DNA from: Botryllus schlosseri
Taxonomy: Eukaryota
Direction of reading: 5' to 3'
DNA length: 64,000 bases
Assembly: GCA_051294905.1 (NCBI GenBank)
Contig: CM119372.1
Span: 33,234,001-33,298,000, forward strand
Part shown: one piece after another, positions 63,091 to 64,000 of the stretch
Layout of the letters: each line of letters opens with the position of its first letter
Numbering within the stretch: the first letter of the stretch is position 1
Made by a program: the position numbers and the translations under genes
The notes under the pieces: model-generated
Databases searched by the model: none
What the model was told of the DNA's origin: nothing
Seen by the model: the letters and a program-made list of their open reading frames with translations, nothing else

Positions 63091-64000
63091 TTGACACTTT
63101 CTGGTGGTCGCTATATGTTTTGACACTTTGGAACGTGGTTGACTTTAGTTGTATGATAAGAATAATGCGAATATTCAAGCAATGTGTCAATTTGTCAACT
63201 TGAAATGAAATTTACTACACAGCTCAAGTTGATTCGTATCTGAATGTGTTAATTCGGTACAATTCTAATTATTTCGAGAAATCCATTTACCGCGATCTGT
63301 TGATTCGAACGTAACCTGAATATTACTGACTCCAACTTCAATCGCGTCGAATTATTCACACATTCCACGCCGCTGTTTCACACCTATAGAATCAATACCA
63401 ACTAACTAAACAAGAATCAAGAAATCTCAAGTATACACATATAATAATTGTATTTATTTCTGAGAAATCAAACGCCTAACAAAAACACGCAACTTATCAT
63501 TTGGCCAACTCTAGCATTACCAAAAAATCTAGGTATTGTTGATTGAAAACCCTTGAGTCCTTATTATCAAAAATGTTATAGTGTGGCGTCGGAATCCATT
63601 CGCGAGATGTTCTATAGGTAAATTGAGGTAATCCAAAATGAAATATCTCGACTTTGACATAGTCTAAATTGAAATAAATTGACAAACATGACTACCAACT
63701 TTCCCGCAGCTCCATTTCAATATTATACGCACATTGATTTGAAACAAGTAATGATACCTTACAACTCTATTCGCGATCCGGCTTTTCGTTTGTCAAAGCG
63801 ACATTTTAACATCTTACCATACTCAAAAGAATTATTCACAACATCACCAAGTGTTAAAAATCTAGTTTTCACTTACTTGATTATATCACTGCAACTCACA
63901 AATTTGAATTAATTCATTCTGGTTGTATTCGTATGATCGGTCTTTTTTTTTATTCAATTGTAAAGGTCGTTACTGTTCTGAAGACAAAGTAAGCTATTTA

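Overview
AT-rich, transposon-saturated animal (probably invertebrate) genomic DNA. There is one clear host gene: a phospholipase B-like 1 (PLBD1-type Ntn-hydrolase) whose CDS has no introns, at 28502-30094 (+). The rest is mostly nested non-autonomous DNA transposons (many hAT-type MITEs with 8-bp TSDs, a TA-TSD element, a 1.5-kb foldback), tRNA-derived SINEs, CR1/L2-group LINE 3' ends and a Penelope-like fragment. The most unusual structure is a pair of independent chimeric retro-insertions (9710-15790 and 18948-23112, both minus strand). In each, the intact 3' end of an I-group (RT-RNaseH) LINE is fused to a 5'-truncated copy of the same R4/Dong-like RLE retrotransposon, and a single TSD encloses both parts. 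Also seen: TA(GCC/GGC/GGCC)TA probable excision footprints (one explains a LINE frameshift), tiny palindromes with 7-bp TSDs resembling P-family footprints, and a three-TIR composite MITE. All alignments were done by eye; family assignments rest on motifs, not database searches.
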